A DNA stretch of 64,000 nt, from positions 1 through 64,000 of the IMG/VR virus record IMGVR_UViG_3300034072_000514; one strand, 5' to 3'. The translations under genes were made by a program, and so were the position numbers. Source of the stretch: a virus. The notes beneath the pieces were generated by a model that saw only the letters and a list, made by a program, of their open reading frames with translations, did no database searches and had not been told where the DNA came from. This document shows, one piece after another, positions 55,139-64,000 of this stretch (the first letter of the stretch is position 1; each line of letters starts with the position of its first letter).

Positions 55139-56230
55139 ATGATCGATCATACCCTCTTTAAGAACATCGCTGTTGCTATCTCTGCGTACAGCCATGAAGC
55201 CTACACGAACGCTAAGAAGATCAATGGTACCGCCATTGTGTCGACTGACGGTCGTATCTCTGGTGATAACGAAAGCTTTATCGGCCAAATGCGCTGGTAC
55301 AAGCCTCAGGCTCCTGTGATTAACAACGCTAGCCTGACTAACTCCGCTGCTGGTACTTATACCGATCTGTCTACTGAAGTCGCTGACTACATCAAGGCCG
55401 CTCGTACTGTCGGTACTCAGCAAGTTAACCTGCAAAGCCTGATCTCTCAGCAAGATGGCCTGGCTAAGATGTCGCGTGACTACGCTGAACATCGCGCTCA
55501 AGATGAGCACAATGCTATCCTGTCGGTGCTGAAGGGTGTTGCCGCTTACGAAGCTTCTCGTGGTACCGGTATTGACACCTTTGATACTAACGCTGATGGC
55601 GCTACCACCGGCTTCTTTGTGGACATCAACGCTGCTGGTGCTTTTGGGGCTGCTGCTGTGGATGCCGCTACTGAGCGTAAGCTGATTGACAACACCGCTA
55701 CTGGCGCTGCTCGTGGCGAGCGTCTCTTCCGCGCTCTGGGCATGGCTTACAAGGACTACGAAGGTGACTTCATGTACATGGTTACTAGCCCTGAACTGCT
55801 GGCTGACCTGCGTGCTGCTAACCTGGTGGATACGACGGTTACCACAGAAGGTAGCATGACCTTCCAGACCATCTTTGGTGGTAAGTTCCGTCTGCTGCTG
55901 ACTCGTGCTGCTCAAGGTAACGTGTCGGCATCGGCTAACGTAAACGATCGTTCTACCAAGACGACTTTCCTGCTGAAGCCAGGCTGTGTATCGTTTACCG
56001 GTATTGCTGTGCCTACTCCTGTGGAAGTGCAGCGTAACGCTGAAGCCTATGCTGGTGGCGGCTCTACCTCTATCTGGTACCGTTGGTCCTTTATTGCTCA
56101 TCCTCTGGGCTACAACTGGGCTGGCGCTACTAATGCGTTTGCTACTGACGCTGCTTATGGCACTGCTGGTAGCTGGACTCGTAAGATGGATGCGCTGAAT
56201 CTGGGCATTCTGCCTATCTTCCACTCTTAA
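55139..56230 (+). CDS. Probable major capsid protein
   Basis: 363-aa ORF after the scaffold gene, with codon usage biased toward ctg/ggt/gct. The long antisense ORF is treated as a shadow. Confidence 0.7.
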   Translation: MIDHTLFKNIAVAISAYSHEAYTNAKKINGTAIVSTDGRISGDNESFIGQMRWYKPQAPVINNASLTNSAAGTYTDLSTEVADYIKAARTVGTQQVNLQSLISQQDGLAKMSRDYAEHRAQDEHNAILSVLKGVAAYEASRGTGIDTFDTNADGATTGFFVDINAAGAFGAAAVDAATERKLIDNTATGAARGERLFRALGMAYKDYEGDFMYMVTSPELLADLRAANLVDTTVTTEGSMTFQTIFGGKFRLLLTRAAQGNVSASANVNDRSTKTTFLLKPGCVSFTGIAVPTPVEVQRNAEAYAGGGSTSIWYRWSFIAHPLGYNWAGATNAFATDAAYGTAGSWTRKMDALNLGILPIFHS

Positions 56231-56244
56231 TAGTAAGGTGACGT

Positions 56245-56745
56245 ATGGCCCTGGTAGTCGGGACTAACTCCTACGTCACTGTGGCAGAAGCTGTGGCTTA
56301 CCTTGCAGATCGTATTGATACTGATATGTGGGACACAGCTACTCCAGAGGACCAGGCCAAGGCGCTCGTTACTGCAACTCGTATGATCGACGACAAAGCG
56401 TTTGTCGGTCAGATGGTTTCTAATACGCAACCTCTATGCTGGCCTCGCGTCAATGCTACGATCAAAGACCCTAAGTTCGGTGGTACTGTAACGTTCCCTA
56501 CGACTACAGTGCCTGAGCGGCTTAAGCGGGCAGTGATTGAGCAAGCCCTTCATCTTTTGAGTAATGAAAATCTCCTAGAGTCTAGAGCGTTGGAGTTAGA
56601 GAAGATAAAGGTCGGCCCTATTGAAATTGAGGGTTCTGCAGCTAACTATAAGGCTCCTCCAAAAGAGTCTCCAATGGTGCGTGAACTTATTGAGCCTCTG
56701 CTTGCACCGGCTGTTAGTAGTAACGCTGTGTGGAGGGCTTGGTAA
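56245..56745 (+). CDS. Head-tail adaptor (gp6-like connector)
   Basis: The N-terminus NSYVTVAEAVAYLADR...W...QAKALVTATRMID is typical of this family. Confidence 0.55.
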   Translation: MALVVGTNSYVTVAEAVAYLADRIDTDMWDTATPEDQAKALVTATRMIDDKAFVGQMVSNTQPLCWPRVNATIKDPKFGGTVTFPTTTVPERLKRAVIEQALHLLSNENLLESRALELEKIKVGPIEIEGSAANYKAPPKESPMVRELIEPLLAPAVSSNAVWRAW

Positions 56746-57092
56746 TGGCAACACTCAAGGATAAGGCTGTTGCAGCTGTTGATAAAGCCTTTAGAAAAGT
56801 AGACTCTCTTATGATGGATGCTACTTTTACCGCTAAGTCAGCTAGCGATTTTAGCTTAGCAGCAGGTGAAACGGTTGAGGTAGTCAACCCTCCTGTCACT
56901 AAGCGAGTGTATCGTATTGAGAAGCTCATTAGGTCAGCTGAAGGCCCTGTCAAGGTCGAGCAATTTCTGTTTAAGTCAGATGGCAAGGACTATACGGTTT
57001 ACGACAGCTTAATTGTGAATAGTATTTCGTACAGGATTGTCACTGCTGTTGATGACGGCTTCACTGTTACTGCAGAGGTGATCCGTGTATAA
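56745..57092 (+). CDS. Neck/head-closure protein (by position only)
   Basis: ATG at 56745 overlaps the upstream stop. Confidence 0.45.
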   Translation: MATLKDKAVAAVDKAFRKVDSLMMDATFTAKSASDFSLAAGETVEVVNPPVTKRVYRIEKLIRSAEGPVKVEQFLFKSDGKDYTVYDSLIVNSISYRIVTAVDDGFTVTAEVIRV

Positions 57093-57480
57093 AGAAATTC
57101 AAGCTTATGTCTACGAACTGATGGCACTCGTTGAGTCTAAAACAGGCTTACGGGCGTATCCTGCTAATTATCAGGGCAGCATCAATGGAGAGTCTCATAT
57201 TAGATTTTACATCATCGGCCCTAGGGTTAAACGATTGAATTCTAGTAAAGGTAAGCTGTACGAAGGGGTACTCAAGGTATCTCTACTAGTGCCTGCGGGT
57301 GCTGGTGATAAGCTTGCATTTTCTCTAGGAGCTGATGTCGCTTCTGTGTTTAACAACAAGACCTTTGACAATGAGCTATCATTTTCAGTAGGTAGTCTTA
57401 ATACTTACGGCTTAGATTCCGTTTTGAAGTCTCACTGGAGAGTGGACTACACAAATAACTTTTTGATTTCTGGAGAATAA
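57085..57480 (+). CDS. Neck/tail-completion protein (by position only)
   Basis: GTG start overlaps the upstream gene. Confidence 0.4.
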   Translation: MYKEIQAYVYELMALVESKTGLRAYPANYQGSINGESHIRFYIIGPRVKRLNSSKGKLYEGVLKVSLLVPAGAGDKLAFSLGADVASVFNNKTFDNELSFSVGSLNTYGLDSVLKSHWRVDYTNNFLISGE

Positions 57481-57483
57481 AAG

Positions 57484-58035
57484 ATGGCACACATTTCCTC
57501 GATCCAGGCTAGTATCTTTACACAGCTGGCCTTTAACCCTAATGCAGTGGCAACTCTGTCTGATGGTAACACTCAAGCTAAACTGGTAGCTCTGTTTGCT
57601 ACAGCCCCTACTCAAGTAGCTAACATCCGTGAGTTCCCTGAGTTCGGCGCCCCTGCTAACATCGTGAACGTTCCCGTTTACGGTAAGAAGACTTCGGTGC
57701 AGGTGCAAGGTCAATCTGACTCGCCTACGCTTGAATTCACGCTGAACTATGTGCCTGCTGAGCACGCTGCTGTTCAGGCTATGGTCGGTAATGGTCAGCT
57801 GTACGCTTTCCAAATCTCGTTGACCTCTCAAGAACCCGCTAACCTGTTGCAAATCCCTACTACGGGTATTGGTACGCCGGTTGGTAATGTTAACACGAAT
57901 AACACCGTGTTTAACTTCTTGGGCAAGTTTGAGTCGTTCCTGGTCACGCCTTCGCTGACTGACTCGACCCAAGCTAAGATTACGCTGTCGATGCAGACTG
58001 AAATGTTCGGCCCTGCTACGTACGCTAGCGTCTAA
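57484..58035 (+). CDS. Probable major tail tube protein
   Basis: 183-aa ORF upstream of the chaperone/tape-measure genes, with biased codon usage. Confidence 0.6.
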   Translation: MAHISSIQASIFTQLAFNPNAVATLSDGNTQAKLVALFATAPTQVANIREFPEFGAPANIVNVPVYGKKTSVQVQGQSDSPTLEFTLNYVPAEHAAVQAMVGNGQLYAFQISLTSQEPANLLQIPTTGIGTPVGNVNTNNTVFNFLGKFESFLVTPSLTDSTQAKITLSMQTEMFGPATYASV

Positions 58036-58103
58036 TCTGTGGTCTAAATTGTAACCAGATCGGAGGGGTCTTATGGCTCTTCCCTTCTATTTAGGAGTTT
58101 TAT

Positions 58104-58334
58104 ATGTCGAATGTAACACCATTTAGCAAGGCTTATGTCCTTGACACTACGATGAATCATATGCATCGTGCTATCAGTATTAGTGTGAAGAAAACACTTG
58201 GCCGCCTTGCTGAATTTGAAGGTAACGCCGCTAAGGGTACTGAAATTATGGAGACGCTCTCCAACTTGCAAACTATGGGTAAACTGCTTGATAACTTTAA
58301 AGCAAATAACCCTTCGTTGTTTGCAAAAGAATAA
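58104..58334 (+). CDS. Hypothetical protein
   Basis: 76-aa ORF with a taggag RBS. Confidence 0.5.
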   Translation: MSNVTPFSKAYVLDTTMNHMHRAISISVKKTLGRLAEFEGNAAKGTEIMETLSNLQTMGKLLDNFKANNPSLFAKE

Positions 58335-58383
58335 TTTAGTTAGACTCGCACCGTTTTGTTAATTTTTAGTAAGGAATACTATT

Positions 58384-58680
58384 ATGAAGAATCTCGTTGG
58401 TAAGAAACTGACCCAAAAAGCTAAGTTCCTGGGTGAAGAAATTGTGATCAACAAACTGCCACTGGGCAAGGTGTTCGATATCCAAGAAGCTGCAAAGGCT
58501 GCGGGTACGGATGAAAAGGGCCAGATGGGCGTGATGCTTATGACCTTCCAATACGCAGTTGCAGGTGCTGAAGATCTGACTCTGGAAGATATGCTGGGCT
58601 GGCCTCTGGATGAGCTGCAAGAGCTGTCTGAGCAAATCATGACATTCTCCGGCCTGGGAAACGCGAAGAAGGCGGAATAA
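58384..58680 (+). CDS. Tail assembly chaperone (gpG-like)
   Basis: 98-aa acidic ORF upstream of the tape measure gene. It contains the slippery heptamer near its 3' end. Confidence 0.7.
   Translation: MKNLVGKKLTQKAKFLGEEIVINKLPLGKVFDIQEAAKAAGTDEKGQMGVMLMTFQYAVAGAEDLTLEDMLGWPLDELQELSEQIMTFSGLGNAKKAE
58656..58662 (+). promoter_or_regulatory. Programmed -1 frameshift site G_GGA_AAC
   Basis: The heptamer is in the correct X_XXY_YYZ phase of the G frame (ctG GGA AAC). The -1 frame is open from 58632 through 59066. Confidence 0.65.
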
Positions 58681-59066
58681 CTGTCGACCTAGATGTTGAG
58701 GATTTGGAGGTCTATGATATGGCCTTCAAATTAGGGATGACTGTACGTAAAATGCTTCATGAGATGGACTATGAGGAATTCCTCGGTTGGCAGTCTTATT
58801 TCATGAAGAGGCCTCCTGGTTGGGAAGAAGACAACCGTACTTATCTTATGATGAGCGTACAGGGAGTTAAGGCTAAGCCTGAGTCCATATTCCCTAGATT
58901 GAAGACTATGAAAGAGGCTTCTGCTCCTAAATCTCAAGCCAAAGCACTGGTGCAATCTGGGTTCTTGGATCGTTTACTTACTACCGCCAAGAAGAACGGC
59001 GTTGACTGGAATCCGGAGATCAGTGATGAAATTACAGGTAAAAGGGATAAGGTCAATTCTCCCTAG
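58662..59066 (+). CDS. gpT-like extension of the chaperone (G-T fusion, join 58384..58662 with 58662..59066)
   Basis: LGMTVRKMLHEMDYEEFLGWQSYFMKRPPGWEEDN resembles the lambda gpT/DUF4035 motif. Confidence 0.6.
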   Translation, partial: REEGGITVDLDVEDLEVYDMAFKLGMTVRKMLHEMDYEEFLGWQSYFMKRPPGWEEDNRTYLMMSVQGVKAKPESIFPRLKTMKEASAPKSQAKALVQSGFLDRLLTTAKKNGVDWNPEISDEITGKRDKVNSP

Positions 59067-59406
59067 CATAGTTCGGCAGATTGAAAAAGTTACTGAGAAG
59101 GTAGCTGATCAATCTGCTGAGCGTCTGCTAGAAGACCTTGTGTTATCGACACCTATCGATACAGGCTTTGCAAGGAGCCAATGGACGTTGAAAAATACGT
59201 CTGCGCCATTAGGGGTAACTTACTATACTAGTAGGTCAACCCCTTTATTTGGCTTAAATAGAACATATGTGTTCAGCAATAATGCGCCGTATATTGATGT
59301 ACTCAATACAGGATGGTCGCAGCAGGCACCGGCTTTCTTTATTGAATCGACCATCTATAAGAATGGGTACAAAATAACGGGTACTATAGTACCGAAACGT
59401 AAGTAG
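59026..59406 (+). CDS. HK97 gp10-family virion protein
   Basis: STPIDTGFARSQW matches the family's DTG..R.S motif. ATG follows ggag. Confidence 0.5.
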   Translation: MKLQVKGIRSILPSIVRQIEKVTEKVADQSAERLLEDLVLSTPIDTGFARSQWTLKNTSAPLGVTYYTSRSTPLFGLNRTYVFSNNAPYIDVLNTGWSQQAPAFFIESTIYKNGYKITGTIVPKRK

Positions 59407-59414
59407 GAGAGATA

Positions 59415-62400
59415 ATGACTGAAACGAACAATCCGAACATTTCGTTCAAGGTCGTCTCGGACTCTTCGCAAGCGCAGGCGGACTTAAAGCGGGTAGATGC
59501 TTCACTTAATAAAGTAGAGAACAGCGCAAACTCGACTGCTGCAGGCTTAGTTTCCTTGGCGTCAAAATTGGCAACAGCATTTGCTGGGGCCGCTATTATT
59601 ACAGGCATCACGAAGACATCGGATGCTTTTACAAATTTACAGAATAAGCTTAAGCTGGTGACTGAGTCTACCCAGCAGCTTGTTGATCTGCAAGATGATC
59701 TAATTTCGCTTGCAAACACAACTAGGTCTAGTGTAGACTCTACCGCTAGTGTGTACTCCTCTTTCGCAAAATCGGTTAAGGGCTCTCAGAAAGACCTTCT
59801 TGCCGTTAGCCAAACAGTTCAGCAAGCTGTAGCTATGAGTGGTGCAACAGCTGAGGGCGGTCAAGCTGCTATCTTTCAGTTGTCCCAAGGCTTGCAGTCT
59901 GGCGTTCTTCGCGGTGAAGAGCTTAACTCTGTACTTGAGCAGACTCCTGCTTTGGCTAGGGCTATTGCTGCAGGTATGGGTAAGACTCTTGGAGAGCTGC
60001 GTGAAGCCGGTCAAGCAGGTCAGCTTACAACCTCTGTTGTGTATGACGCCTTGCGCAAGCAGGCCTCTGTTGTCAACGAAGAATTTAACAAGACAAGCAT
60101 AACCATTGGGCAAGCTAACGCTAATCTTGCAGGTGCTGGCCGCGCAGTGGCGGGTGAAGTATTTACAACCATAGGGTTATCTAACCGTATGGCGCGTAAT
60201 GTCGATAATCTCAGTAAGAAACTTCTTGCTAATAAGGATGCTATTGTCGCCTCTGCTTCCCTTACTAGCTTGGCGGTTAGAGGGTTTGTTGCTGACACAG
60301 GTAGGGTGATCTCTGCGTTTAACCCGTTGTTCAGCGTGCTAGGCGCTGAATTTGAGCGTATGGTGCCTGTTATCAAGTTCATGCGGTTAAACGTCTCTCA
60401 GATATTTAATATTGAAGCGTTGGTGCAGTACAGTGCCCTTACTCGCTATCTTGCTGACCAGCTTACGCTTGTAGGGGTTAAGGCTAAGAACGCTCTTAGT
60501 TTCTTAGGTGCAGACTTTAAACCTGACTTCTTTAATGCAGCTCGTGAGGTGGTACGTTCTAAGAGCATCCCTCAGCTTGAGGCTAATATTAAGAGCTTGG
60601 CAGATGTAATTGAGACACCTACTGGTCTGGGCTTCTTCAAGGATTTCGGCAAGGCACTCACAGGAGACACTGAGCTAGTGACCGCTATGCTTGACGCTAT
60701 TAGCGTAGGCCCTGATAACAAGTCCTTCAGAGACTTTGTCGATATGGGCCTAGAAGTCAGGCAGATGCTCGCTTCTCTAGGTTTGGTAGAAAATAAGCTA
60801 GTCGTTATTGGCAATGTCCGTACGGATAAGCTTCTGTCTCTAGGGGAGTACTTTAAGGAAATCAGCCGGGTAGCTAGGTCATCCGTTCCTTATGCACTGA
60901 CCGAGTCTATTGAAGCCATTCAACGCTTTACGCTTGCTGTTGGTAGCTATTTCCTTGAGGCTCAGCGAAATACAAGCGGCCTCTTGTCTGTTGTGTTCGG
61001 CGCTCTCGGTAAGGCAGCATTTGCTATGGTGGGGTTCTCTGCGGCTACAGACAGATACGCTCGTGGTATCTACAACACAATGAAGGGCCTTGGACTTCAG
61101 TTCATCCTCACTGGAGCTTTGGCCGGGAAGATTGGTAATCAGATTAAAGGCTTATTTACCAATATAGCAACTAGCTCACAAGCTCTTGAGTCATCTATGC
61201 GAGGGCTTGGTAGTTCATTCCGTGCTCTATCTGATGAAGGTGCTAAACAAATTGCGCAGGATATTGTGGCACTAATAAGTGTAGGCGCCAACTCTTTCTT
61301 ATTCAACCGAATAATAAACCTTACACAAGACGCATCTGACTCCTTTGACAGGCTCCGCAAGAGTGTCGGGTTTAGTGTTAACGACATTACAGGTACTTTC
61401 AGTAGGTTCGAGGCTGTAACCGAGCGCATGTTCCTTGAATCTTTGTTCGATGGTCGTGCTGACAGTATGGCCAAAGTCTTTAATCGTATTAGCCGGGAAA
61501 TCACTCAGGCGACTCCAGCGTTAGAGCGTATGCGTAATGTGCTGGGCAGTGGTCTGGTTGACTCTATGGAGAATGTGTTTGGTGACAAGCTTGTAAAGTC
61601 AAGCGCTCAAGCGGTGTTCTTCTATTATGATTCAGCTGTTAATATGCTGGATAAAATCATTAGCATGACCTCTGTTAAGCTGAGACAAATCTCTGGTGTT
61701 ATAGAGAGGTTTACTACTAAAGTTAAAGCGCTATTCTTTGACGTTTACGATAAAGTTGTTGGAAACTCTTACTGGCCTGATATGATCCAAGGGATTATTG
61801 ACTGGTCTAATAGGCTTGATAAAGATGCATTCACGATTGTAGAGAAGTTTACTAAGAAAACTAAACAGGCTTTTGAGTCTATCTCTGCTATTGATATCAC
61901 TGATCCTTTCGGTAATAAGTCATTCTTTAGTATCGATGAAGAAGGTATTCGTAATGGTGTTCGTATCCTCGCTGGCGCTGTTATTATCGGTATTAGCACC
62001 GCTCTATTCTCCCCGGCATTGTTTGCAGCCATGGGTAGCTTCTTGGCCTTTGAGATTGCCAAATCTGTTGCGGTGTCCACTGATAAAATGCTAGGTAAAG
62101 TCTTTAATGTTAGCGCATTTGAAGAGATCGGTAAGAGTGTAGGTGCTGCCGCAGGCGCTCTGGTTGTGAGCATGCTTAAACAAATCCCTGACATGTTCAG
62201 TGCAATCATGAACTTTGCTAGCGGCTTTCTTACCGAGTTCCTTAACCAGTTCGGTCTGATTGGCGAGGCCATCAAGGGTATCGCAAATCTAGTTACCGGC
62301 GGTAATATCGGTCTGCTCCCAATCATGCTGTTTGGCGCAAGCAAGGCAGACGGTATCTTGAAGAGCTTGTCTTCAATCTTTGGTGAAACAAAGAAAGTAG

Positions 62401-64000
62401 GAGATGCGGCTAAAGCTGCTAGTGGCGGAGCTGGCGCATTACCTAGCATCTTAGGTAAGATTGATACTAAGTTTGCTATGGCTGCAGTTGTAGCTCTTAT
62501 ATCTGCTGTCAGCTCCGAAGTTAGTATCTTTAAGGCGTCTATGACGGCGGCTCCGTTGATGCTGGTTGCATTCTTAGGCACTGATGTGACGGGTAAGCTA
62601 ATCCTCAATACTATTAGTGCTGTGCTTACCAAAGTGACAGCTAGTATTGCTGCAAGTACTGCTGCTGGTGGGTTGATTGGTCGTATTCTTGAGCGTATGT
62701 TCGGGTCTAACGGTGCTGCTATTGGGGCCGTAGCATCCAGTGCAGCTAATCGCGCTAAGAAAGCAGTTGAGACTGTGTTTGGTGTGTTAGCTAAGGTGAC
62801 CGATGAGGAAAACCGTAAGGCATATGTTAATGGCCAAAAGAGCTTCACTGAATTCGCTATGGGTGCCGCAGGCGATAAGAATAAGGCGTCCTCTGCCTCT
62901 TATAAGCCAGGTAATATCATGGGCGCTATGCGGTTTAACGAGGAGCAGCAAGAGCGCAAGAAGACATCAGATGCGATAGCTAGCTGGACTGATAAACTAA
63001 AATCGCAAATCAAGGAAAAGGGTAGTATTCTCAAGGATATGCTCTTTGGGGCTAATTCTGGAGGTATGAAGAGCTCATTTGCAGATGCTGTTGGTAGCGC
63101 CGCTGCTATGGCAAAATCGGCGGTTAATGTAAATCCGGCTGATACAGTTATTAATAAAGCTGTTGGGTTGAATCAGTCAGCGATTGCGGCTAACATGGCT
63201 GCTGTTACAAGCACTATCTCTAGCTCTATGACTACGCTTGCAGCTACGACTACAGCTACGGCAGGGCCAGGCGGGCTTATGAGCAAGCTTATGTTTGGTA
63301 AGGTAGGTACTATTGCTGCTGTTCTGCTGTTGTCTAACCTTGCTGCTAAAACAGCGGAGGCTGGCGTAAAAGACGTTGCGAATAAGGCTATGGACTACAT
63401 TGGTACCGGCCTTGAGTTGGGCTTTATTGGTGCTGCTATTCTTGGTACGGATGCTGGCCGGAAGGCACTTGGCGCAATTGGCGGGTTCATTGGCAAGGCT
63501 ATTGGGTATCTGGCGCAGCTTAAAGGTATAGGCGTAATTGGTAGAGTTCTTATCAGCATCGGTGGCGCGGTGAAATCTGTTGTCGCTGGTATCAGCGCTT
63601 TCATTGGAGGAATCCTCACGGTAAAGGGCGCGCTGCTTAGCCTGGCAGGTTTCAGCTTGTACTCGATCTTCTTCGGGGAGGGTGATGGCTGGCTTGAGCG
63701 TATGAAGAACAACCTTAAGGGTATCCTCAATACGCTAGCTAACATTGCGGGTTTCAACGACATCTGGCCCAATGAAGCCAAGATGAAGCCATTGCGATTT
63801 GCAACTCAGAAATCTACTCTTGACGCTGCGAAGTCTATCGGCATAATCGATAAGGGTCTGTCTAAACAAGTCGAAGAGCGGATTGATAGTATCAACTTCT
63901 CTACGCTCACCCAGACGCAAGCTAAGCAGCTGCAGAGCTATAACAAGATGATCACTGAGCAGGTCACTAAGGCTAAGCTTGAGATCAAAGAGCTCGGTGA
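59415..64000 (+). CDS. Tape measure protein, 3'-truncated by the window edge
   Basis: Frame appears open from the ATG at 59415 to the window end (spot-checked by hand at two stretches; the track lists no competing long + ORF in this interval). QGLQSGVLRGEELNSVLEQTPALARAIAAGMG is a typical TMP core, and Ala/Gly-rich hydrophobic stretches follow later. Confidence 0.85.
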   Translation, partial: MTETNNPNISFKVVSDSSQAQADLKRVDASLNKVENSANSTAAGLVSLASKLATAFAGAAIITGITKTSDAFTNLQNKLKLVTESTQQLVDLQDDLISLANTTRSSVDSTASVYSSFAKSVKGSQKDLLAVSQTVQQAVAMSGATAEGGQAAIFQLSQGLQSGVLRGEELNSVLEQTPALARAIAAGMGKTLGELREAGQAGQLTTSVVYDALRKQASVVNEEFNKTSITIGQANANLAGAGRAVAGEVFTTIGLSNRMARNVDNLSKKLLANKDAIVASASLTSLAVRGFVADTGRVISAFNPLFSVLGAEFERMVPVIKFMRLNVSQIFNIEALVQYSALTRYLADQLTLVGVKAKNALSFLGADFKPDFFNAAREVVRSKSIPQLEANIKSLADVIETPTGLGFFKDFGKALTGDTELVTAMLDAISVGPDNKSFRDFVDMGLEVRQMLASLGLVENKLVVIGNVRTDKLLSLGEYFKEISRVARSSVPYALTESIEAIQRFTLAVGSYFLEAQRNTSGLLSVVFGALGKAAFAMVGFSAATDRYARGIYNTMKGLGLQFILTGALAGKIGNQIKGLFTNIATSSQALESSMRGLGSSFRALSDEGAKQIAQDIVALISVGANSFLFNRIINLTQDASDSFDRLRKSVGFSVNDITGTFSRFEAVTERMFLESLFDGRADSMAKVFNRISREITQATPALERMRNVLGSGLVDSMENVFGDKLVKSSAQAVFFYYDSAVNMLDKIISMTSVKLRQISGVIERFTTKVKALFFDVYDKVVGNSYWPDMIQGIIDWSNRLDKDAFTIVEKFTKKTKQAFESISAIDITDPFGNKSFFSIDEEGIRNGVRILAGAVIIGISTALFSPALFAAMGSFLAFEIAKSVAVSTDKMLGKVFNVSAFEEIGKSVGAAAGALVVSMLKQIPDMFSAIMNFASGFLTEFLNQFGLIGEAIKGIANLVTGGNIGLLPIMLFGASKADGILKSLSSIFGETKKVGDAAKAASGGAGALPSILGKIDTKFAMAAVVALISAVSSEVSIFKASMTAAPLMLVAFLGTDVTGKLILNTISAVLTKVTASIAASTAAGGLIGRILERMFGSNGAAIGAVASSAANRAKKAVETVFGVLAKVTDEENRKAYVNGQKSFTEFAMGAAGDKNKASSASYKPGNIMGAMRFNEEQQERKKTSDAIASWTDKLKSQIKEKGSILKDMLFGANSGGMKSSFADAVGSAAAMAKSAVNVNPADTVINKAVGLNQSAIAANMAAVTSTISSSMTTLAATTTATAGPGGLMSKLMFGKVGTIAAVLLLSNLAAKTAEAGVKDVANKAMDYIGTGLELGFIGAAILGTDAGRKALGAIGGFIGKAIGYLAQLKGIGVIGRVLISIGGAVKSVVAGISAFIGGILTVKGALLSLAGFSLYSIFFGEGDGWLERMKNNLKGILNTLANIAGFNDIWPNEAKMKPLRFATQKSTLDAAKSIGIIDKGLSKQVEERIDSINFSTLTQTQAKQLQSYNKMITEQVTKAKLEIKELG

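Noticed and set aside
55103-56224. A 373-aa ORF on the minus strand.
   Set aside because: It is exactly antisense to the probable major capsid gene. It has serine/threonine-rich, low-complexity translation and no RBS, so it is a shadow ORF of a strongly codon-biased gene.
61769-62848. A 359-aa minus-strand ORF, with further minus-strand ORFs at 59384..60382 and 63395..63920.
   Set aside because: They are antisense to the tape measure reading frame (Ala/Gly-rich, so the complement is stop-poor). The + frame appears open from 59415 to the window end on spot checks, with typical TMP motifs.
1-64000. Prophage or temperate features (integrase, repressor, att sites) and host genes.
   Set aside because: None was recognised. 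The uniform strand orientation, the phage-encoded transcription and replication machinery and the absence of bacterial housekeeping genes point to a virulent phage genome segment.

Overview
This window looks like a contiguous piece of a lytic tailed dsDNA phage genome. I saw no integrase or repressor. Every credible gene is on the + strand, and the background is AT-leaning (about 45% G+C by eye).

Gene order:
- 1-0.75 kb: the 3' part of an SLT lytic transglycosylase gene.
- 0.8-11.3 kb: an early block of small and membrane proteins plus an intron-split T7-like RNA polymerase.
- 11.35-11.52 kb: a GC-rich element.
- 11.7-41.7 kb: a replication and nucleotide-metabolism block. It holds a gp2.5-like SSB, Pol A, FEN, primase-helicase, an NrdA-glutaredoxin fusion, NrdB, dCMP deaminase, ATP ligase, ClpP, an AAA+ ATPase, ACP and a SleB-type hydrolase.
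- 42.3-42.9 kb: about 630 nt of non-coding DNA containing another GC-rich element.
- 42.9-64 kb: a siphovirus-type morphogenesis block. It holds TerL, PhoH, portal, scaffold, major capsid, neck, tail tube, G/G-T chaperones with a classic -1 slippery site, and a tape measure gene that runs off the window.

Mobile elements: four group I introns, each carrying an HNH/NUMOD4 homing endonuclease, split the early RNAP, the DNA polymerase, nrdB and a second RNAP. Three free-standing GIY-YIG endonuclease genes are also present.

Main hunt results:
1. A roughly 1480-residue protein, encoded between the portal and scaffold genes, fuses a MuF/SPP1-gp7 head-incorporation domain to a T7/N4-like single-subunit RNAP. 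This suggests a virion-delivered RNAP and, together with the early-encoded RNAP, an N4-like two-polymerase transcription scheme in a long-tailed phage.
2. A three-copy GC-rich structured repeat family sits at the module boundaries. One copy is an in-frame 78-nt insertion flanked by 14-nt direct repeats.
3. Two candidate phage-promoter motif families are present.
4. Several unusual fusions, recoding signals and auxiliary genes are listed in the findings.

Limits: all functional calls come from motif recognition by eye. No database search, alignment or RNA folding was run.
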